A DNA stretch of 21,160 bases, from the NCBI RefSeq assembly GCF_006345805.1, contig NW_021823891.1, forward strand, positions 1-21,160, read 5' to 3'. Shown piece after piece: positions 8,666 to 19,887 of the stretch. This stretch comes from Octopus sinensis (taxonomy: Eukaryota). Every line of letters begins with the position of its first letter. The stretch's first letter is position 1. The translations under genes and the position numbers were made by a program. A model generated the notes under the pieces. That model saw nothing but the letters and a program-made list of their open reading frames with translations. It was not told where the DNA came from and did not search any database.

Positions 8666-8807
8666 AACAACAGAAATCGCCAATGAAAGGCCGGCACTAA
8701 TGTCAAGAGAAACAGCTGTCGCTGACAACAATTGCCAGTGTGGTTGATGCGATGTGACGTAACAATTACTGGCGCCAGACAGACTGTCAGCCACCTTGCC
8801 ACTCGAC

Positions 8808-8897
8808 CAGACAGACAGACAGACAAACAGACAAACCGACCGACAGACAGACAGACAGACTTTCAGACAAACAAACAAACGAAACGAAACAAAACAA
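8808..8897. repeat. (GACA)n/(AAAC)n tetranucleotide repeats
   Basis: Direct reading. Confidence 0.9.
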
Positions 8898-9279
8898 ATT
8901 AGAAAGCGAAAGAAGTCAAAAGGCCACGCAGAAACCCAAAACCCCCACGAAAACGCTAAACCCTAAAAACCGCCAAACCTTAAAACATTAAATCTCACGG
9001 AAAAAAAAAAAGCCTGAAAGTGAGAAGATTGCCAAAGAAATGCACAGCTGTGTCCACACAACTGCATTACAGGCGATGGCATCTCGTATTACCTCCTCTT
9101 CATCCTCCTCCTCTTTGTCCTCTTCCGCATCCTCCTGCACCTCTTTTGTTTTTTGTTACTTTCGTTTAATTATTTTTATCATTTCATTATTATATGTTAA
9201 ACCCCCAACTACTTTATTCTTGTCTTTGTATTGTCCCCCTCATCCTTTGCCCTAGTGGCAAATAAATGAAATCATTATT

Positions 9280-9347
<68 letters not shown>

Positions 9348-9363
9348 GGTGGTGGTGGTGGTG
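9280..9363. repeat. (TAG)n(TGG)n microsatellite
   Basis: Direct reading. Confidence 0.95.
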
Positions 9364-9775
9364 GCTGTTAATGCCGCTATCTTTGTTATCGATCTGTAAT
9401 GGTAACGTTCACGTGACAGCTAAAACAATTACTTGAGCTATCTCTTCCTTTCTTCCTCTCCTTCTTTCGTCCTCTCTATCCCTTAATCTCTCTCTCATAC
9501 ACACACACGCACACACATGCAAAACACACACACACATACATACTTACGAACACTATGATTATTTTATTTATTTATTTTTATACCAGAGCTAAAACCAGAC
9601 AGTTGTTGCTTTACACAAACTGTGGCTATAGAGATTATCTGATTGAAATATGTATAATGCTCAAATGTGTGTGTGTGTGTGTGTGTGTGGAGAGGGAGAG
9701 AGAAAGAGAGAGATAGTGTGTATACACTTATATATCCACATTGATATTCATATATACACACACATTATATCTTAC

Positions 9776-10427
9776 ATATTTTATGCACGAACAGCATATA
9801 TTAAAAAAATCTGAGATGATAAATTAGATATAGAGGGGCAAAAAATAGTGCCAATATATTATTCTCTTCTCACACAGAAACATAGACGAAATTATCCTGA
9901 CTTGGTCACTCTCAAAGGTCAATTACACGTCATTCAGTCGCTCACAAGAACGAGTTATAGTAATCGCTATATAAATCAAACACAAACTAGAAACTAGCTG
10001 AAAAAGCATATATGAATTTGTAATACGAGCATTTATCGACGACGTTATTGAATAATGACAACTATGCGTAATATTTTATGCACAAGCAGCGTGTGTTAGA
10101 AAATGTCTGACTGCTAATTTGACTGCAGTAACTCCATCATATTTTTCTTCGCACTAAAGAAAAAGAAATAAAGATTATTCAGACATGCGTATTAGTCAGT
10201 TGGTTACTTACAGTTCTGCCAATGAAAACAGATTGTAATAATCGTTACTTAAATCATTTTATATAAATCATTTTCATAACACAAACTAGACTCTAGATTT
10301 ATTCACTAATTTTTCAGAAACTGTAGTCTAATGCACATTTTCTACACAGGTTGTTTGTGCATAAAATATTACACATAGTTGTTCATTATTCAATAAAGTC
10401 ATCGAGAAATGCACGTTTTGCAAATTC
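9776..10427. repeat. Old complex repeat: two degenerate ~295-bp direct units plus an inverted ~105-bp copy
   Basis: 9776-9814 matches 10071-10110, and 9969-9997 matches 10261-10295. 10014-10128 is the inverted counterpart of 10321-10427 (shared core 'gcattt.tcga.gac.ttattgaataatga.caactatg.gtaatattttatgcacaa'). Confidence 0.75.
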
Positions 10428-10438
10428 CTAGAAAGACG

Positions 10439-10645
10439 CATCAGACTCTCCAAGATGTATTTCAAAACATGTGTAGAAGAGTCAACTTATGTATTAAAAA
10501 TGGAGGACGACACTTTCAACACCTCTTAAAAAGTTTTCTTAAAGTCTTGTAAAGTCTAATATATTCTTTTGTAGTCTTATACTATCTTTGAAATATTTAT
10601 TTTGCAATAAAGTAATTACTGCGGAGAGACTTTTTCAACACCCTG
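10439..10645 (+). mobile_element. Tc1/mariner-superfamily DNA transposon 3' remnant: transposase C-terminus plus right TIR
   Basis: The frame from 10439 reads HQTLQDVFQNMCRRVNLCIKNGGRHFQHLL, matching the typical 'F.NM..R...CI...G.HF.HLL*' end of IS630-Tc1-mariner transposases. The element ends 'ctttttcaacaccctg' (reverse complement CAGGGTGTTGAAAAAG) followed by TG, probably a decayed TA TSD. Confidence 0.75.
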
Positions 10646-10807
10646 TGCAATTTGCGAGCTGAACAATTAAAATATGCAAACCTTTCCTCGAGTTCAAAAT
10701 GTGAATATGTTTTCGTTATCTGCATTCCATCGATGGAGCTTTGTAACTTTGTTAGAAACCAGCTCCTTGCTTACTGGAAGACTTCAAATAATTAAAAACA
10801 GAAACCA

Positions 10808-11020
10808 ACATACATACATACATACATACATACATACATACATACATACATACATACATACATACATACATTGCATTACATACATACATACATAAATACA
10901 TACATACATACATAAATACATACATACATACATACATAAATACATACATACATACATACATACATACATACATACATACACACATACATATATAAATACA
11001 TACATACATGCATACATACA
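10808..11020. repeat. (ACAT)n microsatellite with variants
   Basis: Direct reading. Confidence 0.95.
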
Positions 11021-11440
11021 CGCAAGGCACATATGCATGTGAGCATAAGTTTTATAGCAGACGTTTTCTTTAAGACTTGATACATTAAAGACAAAACTGC
11101 AATTATTTTTGTCTTTGTTTTTACATATTCTATGCAAATACATTTAGTTTTCGTTGGCAATTATAAGCGACAATTTGACAGCCAGAAATTCGCTTGCAAG
11201 CACTTTCGCTATATTAACCAGACTAACTGCCGTAACCATTTTCTTTAGTGTCATCTTACAAGGCCAACTGGGTTATAAAAGAGTGTATGCATGTGTCTGT
11301 GTGTACGTGTGTATACATATATGCATATATAGATATATATGTTTGTGTATATATATGTATGTGTATACATATATATATATATATCGGCTGTAGAAAACAA
11401 ATCCGGAGAAGAAGCACACTCCAAGATATACAGCCGTGTA

Positions 11441-11641
11441 TATTTTAATGGGGAAGGCCGGCCTATGGGATCACCCCGGGCTTCCTTCCACAAAGAGCCT
11501 AGCCCCATGGCACACCGTCAGACCCCAAAGCTCGTTGGCCCAACTGCGGGTTTTAGGGTCTGACAATGGGCCATGGGGGTAGGCTCTTTGTGGACTGGAA
11601 ACCCAGGATGATCCCATAGGCCGGCCTTCCCCATTAAAATA
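11441..11641. mobile_element. GC-rich ~200-bp fold-back element (MITE-like), almost entirely palindromic
   Basis: Perfect 33-bp inverted repeat at 11441-11473 / 11609-11641. Pairing continues imperfectly to a centre near 11535-11543 (ttggcccaa). It sits within (TA)/(TG) microsatellite. Confidence 0.85.
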
Positions 11642-11649
11642 CACACAAT

Positions 11650-11880
11650 ACACATATATATATATATACGTATGTATGTATATAAACTAACGAAGGTGGC
11701 TATACGCAATATAAATAATATTCTTATATATATATATGTATACATATGTATATATATATATATTGTGTTGTGTATGTATGTACATATATATTATATATAT
11801 ATATATATAAAGACCCTCATTGTTATAATTATATATATCATATATATATATATATTATATATATATATATTATATATATA
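11650..11880. repeat. (TA)n/(ATGT)n low-complexity tract containing an orphan 23-bp TIR copy at 11809-11831
   Basis: Direct reading. Confidence 0.9.
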
Positions 11881-12182
11881 TAATTATAACAATGAGGGTC
11901 TTTGCAACAAATAAATCTAGAAATGCTAGGAATATTATGTTGATGAAGGAAATGAATCTCTGATTCTAATCCAGAAACGTATGCGTCCATAATTGACCGC
12001 GGACTGTTTGATTTCGTTATTTTTCTTCGTTTTTTTTTTTTGCCATAAAATGAGTTACAAATACTGTTGTCTGCGGGACATATTTTTGTAGTAAAAGAAA
12101 TAACAGTCTTTTGGCTGCTATTTCTAATACTTACGGTATGTGGTCTAGCAACCTGTTGCAAAGACCCTCATTGTTATAATTA
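11881..12182. mobile_element. 302-bp MITE with perfect 29-bp TIRs inserted in (TA)n
   Basis: TAATTATAACAATGAGGGTCTTTGCAACA at 11881-11909 and its exact reverse complement at 12154-12182. TA repeats on both flanks. Confidence 0.85.
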
Positions 12183-12308
12183 TATATAATTTTACCGAAT
12201 ATGGTCCTTTTCCATACCGAAACACTACTTGGTGAAATTTGTTGATTTTATTAAATTAATTATATTTCACCCTTTATCTGTATTGATTTATCTGTATTGA
12301 TTATATAT

Positions 12309-12346
<38 letters not shown>

Positions 12347-12772
12347 CACGTACACCCACAAATGCGTGTGTGATGGATTAAGGGTGTGTGTAAGTTTTTT
12401 ATATAGTATTAAGGACATCTGTAGGTTACGCCATCAAAATGTATATATGTCATGTTACTCTGTTGTGATTCCTAGTTAAGGATCTGGTGTGATTCTAAAT
12501 GAAATCTAAATAACGCCGATGGCCCACACATTGCGAGAATGTTCTAATTCTCTGCGCAGCTTTCGCGTTACCAATCAGTCACCATAATTCCGCAACGATA
12601 TTAGTTACATTGTCAAGTAATTAATTATACTTAATGAGTCAAAGGATGTGGTTTAACGCCAACTGTTGTGAGAATGATATGGTTAATGTGGATGTTCCTG
12701 CTTCTCTGAGTCCAACATGGTCACCCAAGATGCGAGAAATAGCAGTCAAATCTCTTTCACAAAATCTCTACG

Positions 12773-12773
12773 A

Positions 12774-12813
<40 letters not shown>

Positions 12814-12822
12814 CATATATAC

Positions 12823-12898
<76 letters not shown>
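12773..12898. repeat. (AT)n microsatellite (further tracts at 12301-12346 and 13130-13293)
   Basis: Direct reading. Confidence 0.95.
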
Positions 12899-12899
<1 letters not shown>

Positions 12900-12903
<4 letters not shown>

Positions 12904-13104
12904 TTATCCAAACAAGAAAACAAAAACAAAAAAAACACAACGCAAGGACGTGGAACAAATAAAGTATTATTGGACGGTCAGGAAAGAAGGGAAGAAGAGG
13001 GTTTGACGTTTCGAGCGGAGCTCTTCGTCGGAAACATAGGAGAAGGAAAATCCCGAGAAGGGAAGACAGGGGAAAAAAATCGCTAGTGATACAGACGAGG
13101 TCAC
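12900..13104 (-). mobile_element. Probable Penelope-like pseudo-LTR fragment between two (AT)n tracts
   Basis: Carries a minimal hammerhead fold at 13001-13035. The family assignment is inferred from that motif. Confidence 0.55.
13001..13035 (-). ncRNA. Minimal type-I hammerhead ribozyme motif with a U4->C core change
   Basis: Minus strand reads GTTT-CCGACGA-A-GAGC-tcc-GCTC-GAAAC-GTC-AAAC. Stem I is GTTT/AAAC, stem II is GAGC/GCTC and the triplet is GUC. Confidence 0.68.
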
Positions 13105-13137
13105 CATACTAAAAGATATACATACTAATATATATAC

Positions 13138-13180
<43 letters not shown>

Positions 13181-13184
13181 ATAT

Positions 13185-13215
<31 letters not shown>

Positions 13216-13255
13216 CATAACATATATATATATATATATAATATATATATATTAT

Positions 13256-13299
<44 letters not shown>

Positions 13300-13755
13300 G
13301 TGTGTATGAGTAGAATCGGGTTAGTTGAAATATATTTCTGACATGTTTTCAACTCCTAACGGCAAATACTCTGCAGTTACCGTGGAGAATATATCTCTCT
13401 TATGATAAAAAGGTGTGAAAACACCCAGTTCGTTCAGTGTCGCCATCTATTAGGAATCCCAGACATCGATGTTTGAAGCTTCTTGGCTCTTGTCGATGAG
13501 ATGTACTTAAGAGAAGCAAGTCTGAACAGACTTATAATGCCATAGCTTTATGTGTGATTCGGTCAACGTGTTGACTGATTTGCGCTAGTAGATCACCCGA
13601 TCGAGATTAATAACGAAGTGTTGGCGCTAAGCAGTGTTCAGGCGGTGTTTAGGCCTTGTAGCAAGTGAAATATGTAACAAACATATTTCAACTAACCTAA
13701 ATTCTGCTCATTCTTAAACACTATTTAGCGCTAACACTTGGACTTATATATATAA

Positions 13756-14089
13756 GGCGCATGGCTCAGTGGTTAGAGCGTCGAGCTTACGATCGTGAGG
13801 TTGTGAGCTCGAATCCCGGACCGGGCTGCGTGTTGTTTTCTCGAGCAAGGCACTTTATTTCACGTTGCTCCAGTTCACTCAGCTGTAGAAATGATTGCGA
13901 CGTCACTGGTGCCAAGCTGTATCGACCTTTGTTGTCTTTCCCTTGGATAACACTGGTGGCGTGGAGAGGGGAGGCTGGTATGCATGGGCGACTGGTGGCC
14001 TTCCATAAACAACCTTGCCCGGACTTGTGTCTAGGAGGGTAACTTTCTAGGTGCAATCCCATGGTCATTCATGACCGAAGGGGTCTTTT
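13756..14089 (+). mobile_element. tRNA(Arg)-like-headed CORE-type SINE, tail type B
   Basis: A-box TGGCTCAGTGG at 13762-13772 and B-box variant GCTCGAATCC at 13807-13816. Same CORE-like block as 4707-5033 but a different 3' half. TA repeats on both flanks. Confidence 0.9.
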
Positions 14090-14460
14090 ATATATATATA
14101 TAATATATATATATAAGTATATATATATATATATATATATAATATGTGTGTGTGTGTGTGTGTGTTGTGTGTGTGGTGTGTATTATGTAGTATATTTATA
14201 TGTATGTATGTATATACATATGTGTGTGTATGTATGAATGTATGTTTGTGTATATATATATGTATATGTATATTTATTTATATGTATGTTATGTATGTAT
14301 ATATATATCTATGAACGTATGAATATGTATATATATATATATGTATATATATGTATATGTGTGTATATATAAATAAATGTATGTACATATATATATATAC
14401 ATACACATACATGTGCCTGTGTATGTGTGTGTGTGTGCGCGCACGTGTCTGTATGCATAT
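14090..14460. repeat. Compound (TA)n/(TG)n/(ATGT)n microsatellite
   Basis: Direct reading. Confidence 0.93.
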
Positions 14461-15477
14461 TAGGTATATTCAGCCAGTATTTAATTAAAATAGCTATCTA
14501 TGCATCATACTTAATGTATACACACCGTCTGTAGGCTAGCTACTTAATTACTACGCTGCTTGTCCAGAGATCACATCTCTTACGGACGTGCTGTGTTTTT
14601 AAAAATACCATAAATATCAGGGGAAGACGAAATAAAAGATGGTAGCCGTCGAAATTGTGATCTAAATAAACGTTGCAAAATTTTTCGTTTTAAGCCCCTC
14701 TGTCTTCTTTGTGTGATTTCTGGTGACTGCTTTCCCATAAACGTCTCAAAATAGATATTTATGGAAACCAACCTGTCCGGTGTTGCAGTGTGGGTTGGTT
14801 TTTTGCGGTTGTTATTGTAACGCGATGTATTGTATGGTAAAACTAATTATTCCATATATTTTTTTACTCTTAGTTTTTCGGTCATATTGAATACAAATAT
14901 TTGTTAATTTTCTGCTTTTTCTCTGGTCCATTCAGATATTTTTTCTTTTATTTATTATTTTCTTGTTTAGTTGTTTGATACCGAGTTTTATTTCGGGTTT
15001 TTGCGTGGTTTCGGTGTATTGTCTTGGAGACTGTCCCTGGTTCTTATGACGTTCGCTATTTTGATGCATTGTTGAGGGTGTATATTTTGTTGGCGTCCTA
15101 TTTTTTTTCTTTTTGCTTTGTGAGAGTTTTTTTTTCTTTTTTTGTCTATAATTATTTCGTTGAATCTATGGACTCTGTGCCTACGTGAATAAATGTATTG
15201 TTGTCAGCTGAAGACCTAAACACTGTTTTTAGATTGAGCTCGTCCATTGTGCTTTTCATTAAACGAATTAAAAGTGCTTTTGCTTTCTTTTATGAAACGG
15301 GTGAATTACTGGTGATGATAATCGTTTGGTGCTTCGACGTTGAATGCGATGAGAATTGTCGGGGGCTCCGAAGAACGTTGGAGAAATATTTAAACAAGGA
15401 TTTGAGGTAGCTATGTATGCGGAGCAGAAATTGATATCTGGGGAAGAAAGATTGTTAAAGTTTTAGCAGTGAGATAG

Positions 15478-15640
15478 GTGTGTGTGAATATGTATGTATA
15501 TACATATACGCACATAAATGTGTGTATGTACGTATGCATGCATGCATCTATGTATGTATGTATGTGTGTATGTATGTGTGTATGTATGTATGTATGTATG
15601 TATGTATGCATGCATCTATGTATATATATATATATATATA

Positions 15641-15671
<31 letters not shown>

Positions 15672-15910
15672 TGTATGTATGCATGCATCTATCTATGTAT
15701 GTTTGTATATATGTGTGTATGTATATATGTATGTATGTATATATCCATGTATGTATACATGCATATATGTATGTATGTATGTATATATGTATGTGTGCAT
15801 GCATCTATGCATCTATGTATGTATGCATGCATCTATCTATGTAAGTTTCTATACATGTGTGTATGTATGTAAGTATTTATAAATGTAAGCATATGTGTGT
15901 ATAGATAGAC

Positions 15911-16008
<98 letters not shown>
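15478..16008. repeat. (ATGT)n/(ATGC)n array followed by (AGAT)n at ~15901-16008
   Basis: Direct reading. Confidence 0.95.
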
Positions 16009-16180
16009 TAGAGTTAGCCGTTGGAATAACCGTCAAAAGGATATGGTTATCCGAGCACCGACAGACATTGGAAGCAGAAACGGCTGTTAGAAATGTTAAT
16101 GTTTTGTATTTTAAAAAAAACAATAATCGATGGTAGTCAATTTGTTGATGAAGAATTTTCTTGATTTTCTGCTTAACTAT

Positions 16181-16336
16181 ATGTGTGTGTATGTATGTAC
16201 GTATGTATGTATGTATGTAAGTGTGTATGTATGTATGTATGTATGTATGCATGTATGTACGTATGTATGTATGTAATGTATGTATGTATGTATGTATGTA
16301 TGTATGTATGTATGTATGTATGTATGTATGTATGTA
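16181..16336. repeat. (ATGT)n microsatellite
   Basis: Direct reading. Confidence 0.95.
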
Positions 16337-16623
16337 TAAAGTATCTGTTCTTTTACAATAATCGACTTTCTGTTGCCGTAATTTATTGTACAAAGCCATG
16401 TGTCGTTTCCTGTGTGTTTACTCGTGGTATTCACATATTGAATACAACGTTTGATGTCTATTCTGGGACCACACGCGAAGCTGGATGTCGAAGTAAATTT
16501 AGGTGACAAAACGAATATCTCAGCAGAAATTGCTGAAAATTCACATCTGCGTTGTCCTCTTTCAAACACGTTCACATACCTTAATTATTTTACCGTGACA
16601 GTGTCTGTAGCAACATTAGTGAA

Positions 16624-16897
16624 GGCGCTTGGCTTTGTGGTTAGAGTGCTGGACTCCTGAGCGGGAGATTGTGGTTTCGATTCCTCGATCAGGCGATGCG
16701 TTCTTTTTTTTTTTTTTTGTTTTTCTTGAGCAAAGCACTTCATTTCACATGGGTCCAGTCCACTCAGCTGGCAAAAATGAGTTAATCCTGCTGATGGGCC
16801 GACGTCTCGTCCAGGTAGGGAATTCATACGCCATGGAAACCGGGAATGCGGCCCTTATCAGTCAACATGACTCGAGAAGGAAAGCCTTTACCTTTTT
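16624..16897 (+). mobile_element. tRNA-headed CORE-type SINE, tail type C, with an internal poly-T expansion
   Basis: A-box-like TGGCTTTGTGG and B-box-like GGTTTCGATTCC. CORE-like 'cttgagcaaagcacttcatttcac...ccagtccactcagctggcaaaaatgagt'. Decayed TSD gtagcaacattagt (16607-16620) versus gtaacaacattaat (16899-16912), 12/14 identical. Confidence 0.85.
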
Positions 16898-17166
16898 AGT
16901 AACAACATTAATTATATATATGTATATATATTATAGATTATATGTATAAGAGAACGAGATGACAAAATAATAAACAGTTCTGTAATTAACTTCATTGGCT
17001 TGCAGCTGTTTCTGCTATAAGGTGCAGTAGACTCAGAGTTGAGTGCCAGACTAGCACCTAATAGCTTCATCGATAACTCAATGCTTCGTTCTGAAACATA
17101 CGTGTACGGAGTTCTACATCAGATCGTTAATATTGCAATGCCTGACCGAATACATGTGTACGTGTT

Positions 17167-17502
17167 GTATGTATGTATGTATGTATGTATGTATGTATGT
17201 ATGTATGTATGTATGTATGTATGTATGTACATATGTATATATGTATGTATTATGTATGTATGTATGTATGTATGTATGTATGTATGTATTATGTATGTAT
17301 GTATGTATGTATGTATGTAGTATATGTATGTACATATGTATATATGTATGTATTATGTATGTATGTATGTATGTATGTATGTATTATGTATGTGTGTATG
17401 TATGTATGTATGTGTGTGTGTATGTATGTATGTATGTAGTATATGTATGTACATATGTATATATGTATGTATTATGTATGTATGTATGTATGTATTATGT
17501 AG

Positions 17503-17533
<31 letters not shown>

Positions 17534-17590
17534 TGTATGTATGTGTATGTATGTATGTATGTATGTATGTATGTATGTATGTATGTATGT
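17167..17590. repeat. (ATGT)n array with recurring variant blocks
   Basis: Direct reading. Confidence 0.95.
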
Positions 17591-17592
17591 GC

Positions 17593-17970
17593 GATGAACC
17601 TAGTGCAGGCTCAACGGTTATCTAGCAATAGCACGGGTACGCAGAAATCCCGGGACGGTGTCCGGCGTGCCGGAAGATCCACTAGGAGGGAGGCACCACT
17701 CAGCTTCTATTGAAGCATGTCTCAAGGAGATGGTCACTCTGATATAAAACCAGATGTGCAGAGAATGGCATTGGACATTTTGAGGATATTTGGTTTTTGC
17801 TAGAGACCATGGCGCTCCCACATTCCTGAGCCTGCGACTCATATTGGCACCAGACATCTCGCTCTGGCTCGTCTCTGGATAATGTCAATGGAGTGGAGTG
17901 GGTCTTTGAGGTGTCGTGCAAGCCTTATTGGACCTAAAACTCTGCACAGGCATTATTGATCTCTGTTCGA
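17593..17970 (+). mobile_element. GC-rich island, possibly a heavily decayed RTE-clade LINE ORF2 C-terminal fragment
   Basis: Frameshifted pieces RVRRNP..VPEDPLGG and DIKPDVQRMALD weakly recall RTE 'HVRRM.DGRIPKD.LYG...DI.P..WE..A.DR'. The match is weak and judged by eye only. Confidence 0.3.
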
Positions 17971-17974
17971 TATA

Positions 17975-18396
17975 TGTCTGTCTGTCTGTATGTATGTATG
18001 TATGTATGTATGTATGTACGTATGTATGTATGTATGTAAGTATGTATGTATGTATGTATGTATGCTTGTATGTATGTATGTATGTACGTATGTATATTCG
18101 TGTTGCCTACGTTTTTTAAATGCCTTGAAAGAAGAACTGTATAACATATGCAAAATCTCTCTGAAGTACGCCATGTAACTTTTCACCGTTGTTGATGTTT
18201 AAATTCCAGAAATGCAGATTTATTTCTTTGCTAGAAATCAGAGAACAGTTCCTTCTTTATGGAAAGAATTTTGAATAATTGAAATACAAAGATAACGTAC
18301 ATCAATGTATAGACACACGCATATATATATATATATATATACACAAACATATATACATATATATATACATACATACATATACATACATAAATATAT

Positions 18397-18438
<42 letters not shown>

Positions 18439-18969
18439 CACACTTATGTATATTTACGCCATTCTTATATATTTGAATATATATATATATATGTAAGTGT
18501 GTACATATGTGGCGTAAATATGCTTACGTGTGCTCACACAACCAAATACAATCATTAATACTCAGACACACATATGTTTTTATATACACACCCTACACAC
18601 ACGTGTTATCACAACACTATACAAGTCACATGTGCGCATGTGAATATACGGCATGTACGATATAGTCATTATACAATATCACAATATGCCTCTATGTATA
18701 TACACAAATATGTATATATACATACATACATACATACATATATACATATAATATAATATATATATATATATATAATATATAATTATATATATATATATAT
18801 ATGCATGTATGTATATTCTGACGCTAATGCATGTAGACGAATACCTCGATATATCAAGATTCAAACAAGAAATCTTTGTCACATTCTTTGGGACGTACTT
18901 CCATCCTGATAAAACGGAACTTAAAGATATTCCAAGAATGACACACAAGTATAAATATACACACATGCA

Positions 18970-19005
<36 letters not shown>

Positions 19006-19390
19006 AGTAATACCCGCGATTATAATTATTTTTTTTATTTTTTTTTTTAAACAAAATTGATTTGATTTATTATATATCTAAGATATAATACATATATATA
19101 ATAACATGTATGTATGTAAGGTATGTATGTATGTATGTATGTATGTATGTATGTGTGTATGTATGTATGTATGTATATATATGTATGTGTCCATGCATAC
19201 GTATCTCTTTATGAATGCATAAACACGTGCATGTGAGTAACACTATTAGCATTCAAAGAACGATATCGTATGTATATTCAATTATATATTGTATGTATTT
19301 GCGAACATGAGTACATATATGTGCGTGTTTGTGTGTGACTATGTGTTGTGTGTGTGTGTGTGTGTTTGTACATATGTCTATGCACATATG

Positions 19391-19433
<43 letters not shown>

Positions 19434-19456
19434 GATATATACTATATATATATATA

Positions 19457-19491
<35 letters not shown>

Positions 19492-19585
19492 TCACACATA
19501 CATATGTGTTATCTATGTATATAAACAACATATATGCACATCTGTATAATACTGTATATATAAATATTTAGTATATATATATAAG

Positions 19586-19653
<68 letters not shown>

Positions 19654-19853
19654 ATATAATATAATAGGTATGTTTGATAAGTGCTAACGCATGAAACTCT
19701 CAGATCTTGATTCTCTGTTGCCTCTGCTAAATATTAATATGTTTGAGTCTGTGTGTATTTCCACGTGCACAGGCATACAGACACACACCACACACAAACA
19801 CAAACACATACACACATACATGCTTACGAACATATATATATATATAATATATA

Positions 19854-19887
<34 letters not shown>

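Noticed and set aside
7545-8878. 137-205 aa His/Ile/Ser/Asp/Met-rich ORFs
   Set aside because: These are stop-free frames of the (CAT)n array and are open in several frames on both strands.
13666-13690. Perfect 10-bp hairpin TGAAATATGT-aacaa-ACATATTTCA
   Set aside because: It is short, AT-rich and isolated, so it is plausible by chance. It is not a terminator in a eukaryotic context.
13756-13820. tRNA-Arg gene (similarly the heads at 6151, 5027 and 16624)
   Set aside because: A and B boxes are present, but there is no closing acceptor stem and each head runs into SINE core and tail sequence, most with TSDs.
15198-15410. 70-aa ORF as a possible exon
   Set aside because: It has a TTG start, no recognisable domain and no strong splice signals.
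16340-16600. Unique segment with ORFs on both strands
   Set aside because: No recognisable protein motif or convincing splice-site pair. The ORF lengths are inflated by the adjoining microsatellite or SINE.
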